A stretch of 63,602 nt of DNA, filler included, from Dicyema japonicum (lineage: Eukaryota > Animalia > Dicyemida): the NCBI GenBank assembly GCA_011109175.1. It is 9 parts of 9 records of this genome, joined end to end, with 100 filler letters (N's around TTAATTAATTAA, not from the genome) between each part and the next. Parts side by side here need not be neighbours in the genome. Positions count along the whole stretch, not along the records: positions 20,470 to 26,157 come from RDEW01000051.1; positions 26,258 to 41,540 come from RDEW01000185.1; 7 more parts are not named here. One strand, 5' to 3'. Position 1 is the first letter of the stretch, and the number at the start of each line of letters is the position of its first letter. Shown here piece by piece: positions 21,905 through 34,010 of the stretch. The translations under genes were made by a program, and so were the position numbers. Below the pieces are notes generated by a model, which had not been told where the DNA came from, made no database searches, and saw nothing but the letters and a program-made list of their open reading frames with translations.

Positions 21905-24900
21905 ATGTTCAATGAAATTAGATTTCAAAATAAAATGATACGACCAGTTCAAAAGATCAGTCCCTGAAAAAATTAAAATTCTAAAAAGAGTTAAAAACGA
22001 GATTCACTTCAAAATAAGATAATTAGACCATTTGAAAAAATCGGTCCTTTAGAAAATTAAAATTCTGGATAGAGTTGATTAAGAGATTCAATGGAAAATA
22101 GGATGATTCGACCACTTCAAGCGATCGGTCTACTAGAAATTTAAAATACTAAAAAAGTAAAAAGAAGAGATTCATCGAAAATATGATGATTCGACCATTC
22201 ATAAGATCGGTACCTTAGAAAAAAAAATTCCAAAGAAATAAAAGAAGAGATTCAATAGAAAATAAAATGATTCACCTATTCACGAAAAAATAAATGGAAA
22301 ATAGGAAAATTCGACAACGTCAAGAGATCAGTCTCCTAGAAATTTAAAAATCAAAAACGAGATAAAAAACGAGATTCACTTCAAAATAAGATAATTCGAC
22401 AATTTGGATAGATAGGTCCCTCAGAAAATTAATATTCTAGAAAGAGTTAAAAAAAGACATTCATTGGAAAATTATACCACTACAAGAGATCGGTCCCTTA
22501 GAAAATTAAAATTCGAAAAGAGATAAAAAAGAGATTCACTTCATAATAAAATCGATCGCTTCAAAAGATTGATCCTAATGAAAATTAATTATCTAAAAAG
22601 AAATAAAAAAAGAGATTTATTGGAAAATAAGATGATTCGACCTCTTTACAAAATCGATCGATTAGAAAATTAAATTTACAAAAAGAGTTAAAAAAGGGAT
22701 TCTTTTAAAATCAAGATAATACGACCACTTCAAAAGACAGGTTTCGTAAAAAAATAAAATTCTAGAAAGAGATAAAAACGATATTCATTTCAAAATAAGA
22801 TGATTCGATTTTACATAAGATTAATCTATTATAAATTTAAATTTCTAAATAGAGTTAAAAAAGAAATTCATTTCAAAATTAGATAATCTACCACTTTAAA
22901 AGGTCGGTCCCTTAGAAAATTAAAATTCTAGAAAGAAATAAAAAAGAGATTCAATTTAAAATAAAATTATACGACCACTTCAAGAGATCGTCTCTTAGAA
23001 AATTAAAATTCTAAAAAGAGTTATAAAACGAGATTCACTTCAAAATAAGATGATAAGACCACTTCAAGAAATCGGTTTTTAGAAAATTAAAATGCTAAAA
23101 GAGATAAAAAAAGAGATTCACTTTATAATAAAATGATTCGATCGCTTCAAAAGATCGACCCCAAAAAAAATTAATATTCTAGAAAGAGTAAAAAAGACAT
23201 ACTTAGGAAAATAAAATTGTTCGTCATCTTCACGAGATCGATCGATAGAAAATTAAATTTCCAAAAATAGTCAAAAAAGATTCATTTCAAAATTAAATAA
23301 TACGATTACTTCAATAGATCGGTTTTGCAAAAAATAAAGTTCTAGAAAGAGATAAAAAATAATAACATTTCAAAATAAGATAATCGACAACGTCAAATGA
23401 TGGACTTCTGCACGAGATCGATCGAAAGAAATTTAAATTTCCAAAAAAGTGTTATAAAAATAGATTCATTTCAAAATAAGATAATACGACCACTTTAAAA
23501 GATCGGTTTCTCAAAAAATTAAAATTCTAGAAAGATATAAAATTGATATTCATTGGAAAATAAGATTATTCAACAATATGAAAAGATAGGTCTCTTAGAA
23601 AATTAAAATTCTAGAATCTTATTTTCTAATGAATATCAATTTTAATATTAATTCAACAATATGAAAAGATAGGTCCCTTAGAAAATTAAAATTCTAGAAA
23701 CAATTAAAAAAGAGATTAATGGAAAAAAGGATGATTCGACAACTTCACGATTTTGATCCCAATGAAAATTAAATTTAAAAAGAGATAAAAAGTGAGATTC
23801 ATTCGAAAATAAAAAGATTAGACCACTAGAAGAGATCGATCAATTAAAATATTATATTTACGAAATGAAAAATTCTAGAAAAAGTTAAATAAGAGATTTA
23901 TTAGAAATATGATGATTCGACCACTTTAAGAAATCGTCCCATAGAAAATTAAAATTCTAGAAAGATAATAAAAATTGATATTCATTGGAAAATTAGATTA
24001 TTCAAAATATGAAAAGATAGGTCCCTTAGAAAATTAAAATTCTAGAATCAGTTAAAAAAGATATTAATGGAAAAAAAAGATGATTCGACAACTTCACGAT
24101 GTTGATCCCAATGGAAATTAAATTTAAAAAGAGATTAAAAAGTGAGATTCATTAGAAAAAAGATTAGACCATTAGAAGAGATCGATCAATTAAAATATTA
24201 CATTTACGAAAAGGAAAAATTATAGAAAAAGTTAAATAAAGAGATTTATTAAAAATATGATGATTCGACCACTTTAAGAAATCGGTCCCTTAGAAAATTA
24301 AAATTCTAAAAGAGATAAAAAAGAGATTCAGTTATAATAAAATGATTCGATCCGATTCAAAAGATCGATCCCAATGAAAATTAAATTTTAAAAAAAAGAT
24401 AATAAAAAAAAGATACATTGGAAAATAAGATGATTCGACATCTTCACAAAATCGATCGATTAGAAAATTAAATTAAACACATTAATTTAAAAAAAGATTC
24501 ATTTCAATGTAAGATAATACGACAACTTCAAAAAATGGGTCCTTTAGAATATTAAAATTCTAGAAAGAGTTATAAATGATATTCATTTGAAAAAAACATG
24601 ATTCGAGAATTTGAAAAAGATCGCTGGCTTAGAAAATTAAATTCTGAAAAGGGGTAAAAAAGAGATTCAATGGAAAATTGGTTGATTCGACCACTTTAAA
24701 ATATCGATCTTCTAAAAATTTAAAATTCTAAAACGTGTTAAAAAACGAGATTCACGTCAAAATAAGATGATTCGACAATTGAAAAAGTCGGTCCGATAGA
24801 AAATTAACATTCTGGAAAAAGTTAAATAAATAAATCAATGGAAAATATGATGATTCGACCTTTTTACAAAATCGATCGATTAGAAAATTAAATTAAACAC

Positions 24901-26157
24901 ATTAGTTAAAAAAAAAGATTCATTTCAATGTAAGATAATACGACAACTTCAAAAAATGGGTCCTTTAGAATATTAAAATTCTAGAAAGAGTTATAAATGA
25001 TATTCATTTGAAAAAAACATGATTCGAGAATTTGAAAAGATCGCTGCCCTAGAAAATTAAAATTCTGAAAAGGGGTAAAAAAGAGATTCAATGGAAAATA
25101 GGTTGATTCGACAACTTTAGGTAATTTGAAAAAAATCGGTCGCTTAGAAAATTAATATTCTAGAAAGAGTAAAAAAAGAAATTAATTGGAAAATAAAATT
25201 GTTCGTCATCTTAACAAGATCAATCGATATAAAATTAAATTTCCAAAAATGGTCAAAAAAAGAGATTCATTTCAAAACAAAATAATACGATTACTTCAAT
25301 AGATCGGTTTCGCAAAAAAATAATGTTCTAGAAAGAGACTAAAAATGAGATTCATTTTAAATTAAGATGTTTCGACCTCTTCAAAAGATCGACCTCTGCA
25401 CGAGATCGATCGATAGAAATTTAAATTTCCAAAAAAGTGTTAAAAAAGAGATTCATTTCAAATAAGATAATACGACCTCTTTAAAAGATCGGTTTCGTAA
25501 AAAATTAAAATTCGAGAAAGATATAAAATTGATATTCATTGGAAAATAAGATTATTCTACAATATGAAAAATATGTCCATTAGAAAATTAAAATTCTCGA
25601 ATCAGTTAAAAAAGGGATTAATGGAAAAAAGGATGATTCGAAAACTTCACGATTTTGATCCCAATGAAAATTAAATTTAAAAAGAGATAAAAAGTGAGAT
25701 TCATTGGAAAATAAAATGATTCGACCACTATGAGAGATCGATCTCCTAAAAATTTAAAATTCTAAAACGTGCTAAAAACGAGATTCACTTCAAAATATGA
25801 TGATTCGACAATTAGAAAAAGTCGGTCCGATAGAAAATTAACATTCTGGAAAGAGTTAGAGAAAGACATTCATTGCAAAATAAAATTATTCGTCAACTTC
25901 AGGAGATCGATCGATAGATAAAAATTTCCAAAAATAGTCAAAAAAAGAGATTCATTTCAAAATAAGATAATCGACAATTTTAAAAGATCAGTCCTTGAAA
26001 AAATTAAATTTATAGAAAGAGTTAAAAAAATGAGATTCATTTTAAAATAAGATGATACGACCACTTCAATAGATCGGTTTCTTAGAAAATTAACATTCTG
26101 GAAAGAGTTAAATAAGAAAATCAATGGAAAATAGGATGATTTGACAACTTCACGAGA
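21905..26157. repeat. Satellite DNA, about 84-bp monomer, about 50 diverged copies, with higher-order duplications
   Basis: GAGATTCA anchors at 21999, 22083 and 22167; consensus approximately GAGATTCACTTCAAAATAAGATGATTCGACCACTTCAAGAGATCGGTCCCTTAGAAAATTAAAATTCTAGAAAGAGTTAAAAAA; stops in all frames. Confidence 0.97.
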
Positions 26158-27427
26158 NNNNNNNNNNNNNNNNNNNNNNNNNNNNNNNNNNNNNNNNNNN
26201 NTTAATTAATTAANNNNNNNNNNNNNNNNNNNNNNNNNNNNNNNNNNNNNNNNNNNNTTGCAGTTAAGCAATTTATATCATTCAAAATGTTAAACGATAA
26301 TGTTCGATCATCTGATATTCCAAAACACCCTCATTGTTAAGTTTGAAGAAATGGACTTGGAGCATAAGACATTTGTTGAAATGCTCATAGATCCCCATGT
26401 GATCATAATTACACAGTTATTATAGATAACTCATCCTAGATTCGACCAGATAAATCATTTTAAGCTTCCAAACTATTCACAAAAAAAGATCATTAACAAG
26501 TAATTGTTAAGATGACTACAAGAAATGAAAATTGAATGTCTGAAAATTCGCTTACAAAACTATTATGGAATCGTAAGTTAAGAGAATACTTCGATAACAT
26601 ACTATATTTTTAAATATTTCAAATTCTACTACTGACGATTTTATTTTTGTTAATATATATTTTGCTAACGTAATAAACATATGTTTTCCCCTGGATAAAA
26701 TATTGTTAAAAATAAATTTCTTATTTTGCTGCATATGTCAGCGCTTGAACCATACTTTTAACAACCCTCGCTGTCATCAGTTTCATAGACCTTTGTTTCT
26801 TCTGGATTGCTTGTTACAAAGTCTGATCAATAAAGAAAAATTTTCCCTTTTCTTGTCCGACTTACAAGAGGTATTAATAAACACGTTTGTTCCACTTTAT
26901 TTGATCTTTGCTTCAACGTGGAAACAAGAAAATCATATCTGAGACATCTCTCACATAGATTACTAAGGTCATATTCATAACCAACGTTGTTGTACATTCC
27001 CAAATTTAAATTAATTTACTTGTAATATATTCAATTTTTTTAAACTTTGAGTTTTGTGGTTACTTTATGTCTGATTGTTTGCAAACAAATCCTAAGGGAC
27101 CTCTCATTAACGATCCCCTCGTGTAATCTGGGGATAGACAGTAGTTGATGTTTTTCTTTAGCCGCATATGATCTTGGGGGCCATAAGCGCTAGATCAACC
27201 TGACAAATCAATCTCTTCCCTATTTAAAGTTCAATCTGCAGATTGCCTTTATAAGCATGTGATTTCGGATATACCTATCCCTTCCCAGACTCAGTCCATG
27301 TCGGATACCGGAATCAGGTCTCAGGGAACGATTTGGCTTAAATCTTTTTTGTAAAATGAGGGCCGTCTTCCGACTTCTTACCTTTAATGGAACAGTATGA
27401 GGTTAACTTAGATGTCTTATTTATAAC

Positions 27428-27550
27428 TCCGGATACACTGAGAAGGAAGTTAAAGTAAACAACTAATTAAGTGTATCCAGTCTCCACTTCTACAAAACCA
27501 GACTCCATCCGGAATCAACATAAGGGGTAAAGACGTCCATAGTTGCAGTT
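27428..27550 (+). repeat. Dispersed repeat shared with 30470-30590 (unclassified; possibly a retroelement 5' end)
   Basis: CCGGATAC...GAAGTTAAAGTAAACAACTAATTAAGTGTATCCAG...CCATCCGGAATCA...GACGTCCAT is present at both loci. Confidence 0.7.
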
Positions 27551-27556
27551 ATGGNG

Positions 27557-28630
27557 CAGAGCTTTTCAAAAAATAATTCTCGCGGCACACTAATCGTAAA
27601 AAAAATAATCCACGGCACACATTAAAAAAATTTAAGATTTGTAAAACTAAGTACAAAAATTGGTAATTTAATGCCCAAATTATTATTAATAAAAAAATGA
27701 ATTTTTAATTATTATTGTTTTTGCATATATCATCAATATCAGGTCGAATGGGTGACAAAGCCACCCGCATTTCAGAACAAATCCGACGAAAAAACAGTAT
27801 TATCTGACAAAGGTATCTTCATTATTTTTTGATCATATGTATGACCAAACATAATCCGAGCAATAATACGACAAGCAAGGATTATCAAGTTTTCGCCAAT
27901 AATGAGGTTTTAGTTGATTTGCTATCAATTTTGAGATTAGGTATGAACATTCCAATGATTCCTTTGTGTTTAAAAAAGTTTCACTGAACGTAATTTGACT
28001 AGATCTACGATTCATAATAAAAACTAAATAATACTTAAGTTGTTTTTTAAATGGATAAAATAATCCACAGATTTTGCAAAATTGTCCGGATGCTTGTTAG
28101 TAAAATGTCTCTTTAGTTTGCTTGGTACCATAGCATCATTTGCCGAGACTTCAATGCAACTTAGACATTGAGGTAGTTTATTTTTATCTTTGCATATAAA
28201 TCCAAATGACAAATAAGAATTTTTATAAGAACGACGAACTGATTTACTCATAAGCACGTTGATGCGCACGTTATTAAAAAATTAATAAATAATGGTTAAC
28301 CAATGTAAATGTCATTTGATGTATAATAAAAAAATAATTATTTTAATTTTAGTAATTATTTTAATTCGTTTATCTTTTTAAATTAATTAAGTCAAAAATG
28401 TATATAAANNNNNNNNNNNNNNNNNNNNNNNNNNNNNNNNNNNNNNTTTATAAGAAAGACGAACTGATTTACCCATAAGCACGTTGATGCACACGTTATT
28501 AAAAAACTAATAAATAATGGTTAACCAATGTAAATGTCATTTAATGTATAATAAAAAATAATTATTTTAATTTTAGTAATTATTTTAATTCGTTTATCTT
28601 TTTAAATTAATTAGGTCAAAAATGTATATG
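27557..28630 (-). mobile_element. Buster-type hAT remnant (family C)
   Basis: Terminus CAGAGCTTTTCAAAA at 27557; ORF 28024-28269 BED-like (CLSC...NDAMVPSKLKRHFTNKH); LECSYLISKLIANQLKPH; C-terminal EMRVALSPIRPDI. Confidence 0.8.
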
Positions 28631-29800
28631 GGAGTTTGAATAGACCTCTGACGATAGTTATCAAGATACTCTCGAACCCATTCAGCCTCACGAGGTGACC
28701 TTTTGGATTATTGATCCGACGAACTAGGTAGATTGTTTGTGGGTTCCTAGGTTGAATTAGTCAGTCGTATTGAAAAAACTGTAGTGATGCAAAACACGTG
28801 GAATTTAGTTGATTCATTTTTTATTCTAATTGGATGAAATGACTACATAATTTGGAATAATTTAAATAAGAAATATCGATATTTAACGGAAAACTGCTCC
28901 ATCACATTACTCTCCATCCTACAAAAACTACAGAAGATCAAAATTCAACATTAAAAACTATGATGGGCTGTTTAAAATCATTTGACTACTTACATTGGGA
29001 GTCGAAGATCCAAACGTTAGGTGACCTCTTAAAATGATGAGATTACGATATCTTAGGTGGCCACCGCCTCAAACTGCTCAACCTTTCCTACTCGAATCAA
29101 CTAACCGCAAACACATCGAAGAACCTTCACTGACCTCCAAAGAACACTCATGAAAAACCACCTCCAGCAAATTAGTAAACCTGGACCAAGAGTGTAAATG
29201 ACTTTGTATCTATGCGTGTCATATAATCCCCAAAGAGAATAAGATACTGGATGAAAGAACGCCGATCCGCGTTGAAAAGTGGAGGAACATCCGAAATCTC
29301 GGATCTTTACTTGGCCATTCAGAAGATATCACACGACGATCCCTGAGATGGGGGACAATAAGAGACACCCCACAATGGTAAAAAATCAAAACTTTTTTAA
29401 ACCGCTTATTTAAACACTTTTCTTACAAATACAATAATGAAATACTTATTTCAAGTCTTTTAAGCACTTTAAATCAAAACTAGACCTGGACCAAGAGTGT
29501 GCACGCTCATTAATATTGGAATAGGTCCCAGAAAATTATCAATAAATTTAATTTCAATTTTTTTATCACTAAAAGGGCTCTTGCACATGTTCAGCGATAT
29601 TTTCAAGGCAACTGGAGGTAAGTCACCATTTTTTATTAAGAGACTGAGACGTCTAGCTACACTTGTCCATAAACCCAAATGCTTCCCCAGTTGATCAACT
29701 TTGCATCAAAGAGTCAAATGTATCCATGTCCAGCCAACGAGGCTATAAACAATAATTAAAATACATTAGAATAACATTGACAAGAGACAATAGTACAGGA

Positions 29801-30300
29801 CAGAGGTTTTCAGAAAATAATTATCGCGGCACATTCATCGTAAAAAAATAATCCACGGCACAAAATCCGCTTAATTAGTTAATTTACTCGTTATAAACAA
29901 ATTTAAAATTTTATTTAATAAAAATTTTCCCATTAAATAACCAATTTTTNNNNNNNNNNNNNNNNNNNNNNNNNNNNNNNNNNNNNNNNNNNNNNNNNNN
30001 NNNNNNNNNNNNNNNNNNNNNNNNNNNNNNNNNNNNNNNNNNNNNNNNNNNNNNNNNNNNNNNNNNNNNNNNNNNNNNNNNNNNNNNNNNNNNNNNNNNN
30101 NNNNNNNNNNNNNNNNNNNNNNNNNNNNNNNNNNNNNNNNNNNNNNNNNNNNNNNNNNNNNNNCCGCTTAATTAGTTAATTTACTCGTTATAAACAAATT
30201 TAAAATTTTATTTAATAAAAATTTTCCCATTAAATAACCAATTTTTTGTCCTCACTTTTACGTATCCGAAAAAAATTAATCTTTTCTTAGAANTTGCTTA
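29801..30300. mobile_element. Buster-type hAT family C end fragment
   Basis: CAGAGGTTTTCAGAAAATAATTATCGCGGCACA matches the 27557 terminus and the reverse complement of 51890-51942. Confidence 0.7.
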
Positions 30301-31189
30301 AACATTTTTTATTAAACTTTACACATGTTTTTCTCATTTATTATATTTAAAATTAAAAAATTATAATTTAATAAATTTTAAATAGAATAATACAGCCGTG
30401 TTTTATAAAGTTAAGCTAATGGCTCGGTGTTTCGTTAAAACAACCCAGGAATAAATTATTATTATTAACCCCGGATACCGAGAAAGAAGTTAAAGTAAAC
30501 AACTAATTAAGTGTATCCAGTTTCCACTACTACAGAAACAGAGTCCATCCGGAATCAGCATAAAAGGTAAGACGTCCATTACATGCAGTTGCGGAAACCC
30601 CTCCAGTGGAGTGGGGAAGAGCAAATGATCCTTTTTCGTGCCGGCCTGGCACTGGACGTCACCTAGACAGGTGGATCACATGACGCCACTCTAATGGGAA
30701 AGAGAGAGGAGGAACAGACAAGCAAGCAGAAACTTCAATCAATTAACCACGCAGCACCACATGGCGCCACGCGGCGAATTTATCTTTAATCCATGAATAA
30801 ATTGATATAATGGAAGAGAACGGGATTCGATCTAATAAAAGACAAAAAATATCGATTAACTCAAAAGTCAAAGAATTTTTTATCTATCAATGGGAGGTTA
30901 TACCTTAAAGACACAAATGAAAACCACAAAATTGTCATCTTCTCTAATAATTAGTGGCCTCGCAAATTCATCAATTGACACATTGTGGACACAACTTATT
31001 GTAACAATATTGCGATGAAAGATATTTTTTCATGAAAAAAGAAATTATTCGGAAAGTGGTGTCAGAATGTGATATTCCATGTAAGAGCATTATGTGACTG
31101 CTTAACGTCTAACAAATTCATAATATGCCTAACAATCCAAGGAGTCAAGGAATTATCGAACGCTTCAATGAGACAATCACTATCAAAGA

Positions 31190-31270
31190 CAGGGGTTCTC
31201 AACCTTTTTAGCTCAAGGGCCAAATCGATAATTAAGAGTATCTTTGCGGGCCGCACAAAAAATATTTTAT
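31190..31270 (+). mobile_element. hAT (Charlie/Buster-like) terminal fragment
   Basis: CAGGGGTTCTCAACCTTTTT...GGGCC...GCGGGCCGCA terminus. Confidence 0.5.
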
Positions 31271-31539
31271 TTTATTAAAGAATCAACGTAATAAGAGAAT
31301 CAATGTGAGACTTGATTTTGCTTGGCGTCTACTATTTGATCTAAACGAGGAGTAAAGTTCGAAGACGATGTATGTAAAAGTTAAATTCGTGTTCATCAGT
31401 CAATCGATTTCGACACTTACTTTTTATTCGCGTAAGTTTACTGAAAAGAGCTTCACATGCATACGTTGATCCGAAGACTGATGCATTTTTTTGATCATTA
31501 TAGACCAAGTTCGGATATTTCCATTGTGNCTGTTCAAAT

Positions 31540-32735
31540 TATCGTACAATAGCCTTAATTCCCCACATCAGCAAAAAACTTCTAAAGATAATACAACATC
31601 TTCTAATGCCGGATATCCAAGCAGGATTCAGGAAGGGACGACGCACACGTGACCATACAACAAATGTCCGGTGGATTATAGAGATAGCCCATGAATCTCA
31701 AAAGAGTGTATACATGTGCTTCATTGACTATCGGAAAACTTTTGATTCCGTTATACATGACAAGCTGTGGTCAGCTTTAAAAGAATTTGGATTCGATACC
31801 CATCTGATATTGCTTATCAAATCTCATTATAAGGATCAAGAAGCTATTGTTAGAACAGTGTATGGAGATATTGATTGGTTTAAAATTGGTAAAAGAGTAA
31901 GACAAGGATGCATATTTTCTCCATCTTAGTCAATATTTATGCCGAAATGATCATGACTAAATTGGATACAGTATCAAATAACGGGATTAAATTGGAGGCA
32001 AACACATCAATAATTTGCGCTATGCTGACGATACAACCTTACTGGCTGAAACAGAGGATGGCCTCAGGGAGTTGATTCTAAGATTCAAAGAAGAGAGCGA
32101 CGTCTTTGGTTTATTGCTAAATATCAAGAAGATCAAAATTATGACTACTGCTAAAAATGGAACGAAAAATTAAGAATGAGAAAATAGAGAGTTGCGATAA
32201 TGTTGTCTTTCTGGGATGTCTAATCAATCGGAATGGTGACGGAGGCATAAAAATCAAGAGGTGAGTGCCATGGGCCTTTCAGAGAATGAATAGAATTTGG
32301 AAAAGCAAAGATATTTGCTTAAGGACCAAATACAGACTGGTTATGCATCGTCTGCCCGGTTTTTCTATACGGCGCAGAATCATGGATACTGAAAAAGTCG
32401 GATAGACGAAAAATTAATACTTTTGAACTGTAGTGTTGTAGGAGGTTTCTAAGAATCCCTTAGACTTCTAAAATAACAAACATCGATTTACTCAAGCGGG
32501 TGGAGACGGAGATTTCGCTAGAAAGAAAAATCGGTAAACACAGATTGGCGTTCTTTGGGCATGTTGTTTGCTCTGATTCCACTGTGGACTCGGTGGCTAT
32601 CCACAGTGGAAGACGTCATGGTATACATATATCAAGGCTACTCCAAATTGCGACGGATCGGGGAGAGTGGAGAAAATTGGCTCATGAGATCTTCAAGGGT
32701 CGGACGCGACTTAATTGGACAACATAACATAACCC
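31540..32735 (+). mobile_element. RTE-clade (BovB-like) LINE, 5'-truncated, decayed RT
   Basis: QAGFRKGRRTRDH...FIDYRKTFDSV...RVRQGCIFSP...NNLRYADDTTLLAE...IATDRGEWRKL; ends in ACAACATAACATAAC. Confidence 0.93.
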
Positions 32736-32799
32736 AGCAGCAATCCTGTCATTAACTTCCCATACTCTGTAGATTCTCTTATCAAAACACTTGTGGATA

Positions 32800-34010
32800 G
32801 CAAAACCAGTGCCTCAGTGCTGGTTGCTATAGCCAGCACGATCCAGATGGAAGTTCTAATTATAAATGAAACTAAATTGAAGCACATGGATTGGATTTAG
32901 CATCTGAAATTGATGACGAATACGAAAGAAAAACGAGAAGAATCGGTGATTTATTACATTGCTTGTGGAAACTCGCATTGTAATTGGGGCTTTTTACGGA
33001 GAAGAGACATACGGTGTCTCATGAGAGTGCCCCGATATAGACGACCCCAAATCTTGGCTTTCCTCTTTAGTTAATGGCTCTTACCTTGTTTAGTTAGTTG
33101 GGGTTTTGCGAATAAATTATGTTATCTGTTATCTGTCCTTTTAGTTTTCTTAACAGGACGGATTTCCATCATCTGGATTAGGGATTTCCTAACAGGACGG
33201 ATTTCCCAAGTACGCGTTGGAGCACATATTTCGAAAGACATCATACTGAAGAGGGGAGTTCCTCAGGGTTCCGTCCTGAGCCCTCTGCTATTCAACATAT
33301 TTCTATCGGATTTTCCAACTCCACCGGGCATAAACACAAAACTATTGATATACGCCGATGATATTCTGATCACAGATACATCTGGCAAATCAACTCTTTC
33401 GGAGAAAAGGATCATGTCATTCTTTGGTCAAGTTCAGGACTGGTGCACAAAAAGAGGGATGAGATTGTCTACGGAGAAATCCAGCTCTCTACGAGTGAGT
33501 CGCCTAAGGAGGCATCAGAAGCAGCCTTACTCATTAGAGATTCCTAAAGTAAACTCAATGCGCTACCTCGGGATAGCAATCGATGGAAATGGTTCCTTCA
33601 TGGAGAACATAAGACGAAGAAGGAAGAAGGCGCTTCAAGCACTCTTATGTACGAGAAAGTTGCTTGTAAGCCTGGAAACCTTCTTGTTCATCTTCATGAG
33701 GATCATCCTACCGGAACTGCTATATGGATGCGAAGCATGGTTTTTCTCTTGCCAAAGTGAAAGAATAATGTTTCTCATGGAAAAAACCAGAAGGTCGGCA
33801 ATAAAGTTTGCTTTAGGAAAAAGGCTGTGGGATGCTCTCAGCACTGAAGAAGACATGATTCTAACTCCTGTTAAAAACATCATAGAGAAAAGAATTAATG
33901 GGATCCGACGATAAAAGATAACTAAATGGAGTGTGGATACATCGGAAGTGTCCAGGCCGCATAGGCGGACACGTTTAAATATCCTAAAAAAATAACTCCT
34001 TACTTACTTA
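32800..34010 (+). mobile_element. I/Jockey-group LINE deletion derivative (copy 1)
   Basis: A short APE start matching 35330, a shared block of about 240 bp, then RT WIRDFLTGR...RGVPQGSVLSPLLFNIF...IYADDIL...MRYLGI; (TTAC)n tail at about 33998-34017. Confidence 0.85.

Noticed and set aside
22005-22020. Similarity between the satellite sub-block TCAAAATAAGAT and the transposon 21-mer TCAAAATCAGAT
   Set aside because: An 11/12 match in very AT-rich sequence is not enough to claim common origin without a statistical profile comparison.
21905-26157. CRISPR-like array or repeat-protein gene
   Set aside because: No invariant repeat with unique spacers, no cas genes, eukaryotic context; monomers diverge along their whole length and have stops in all frames.
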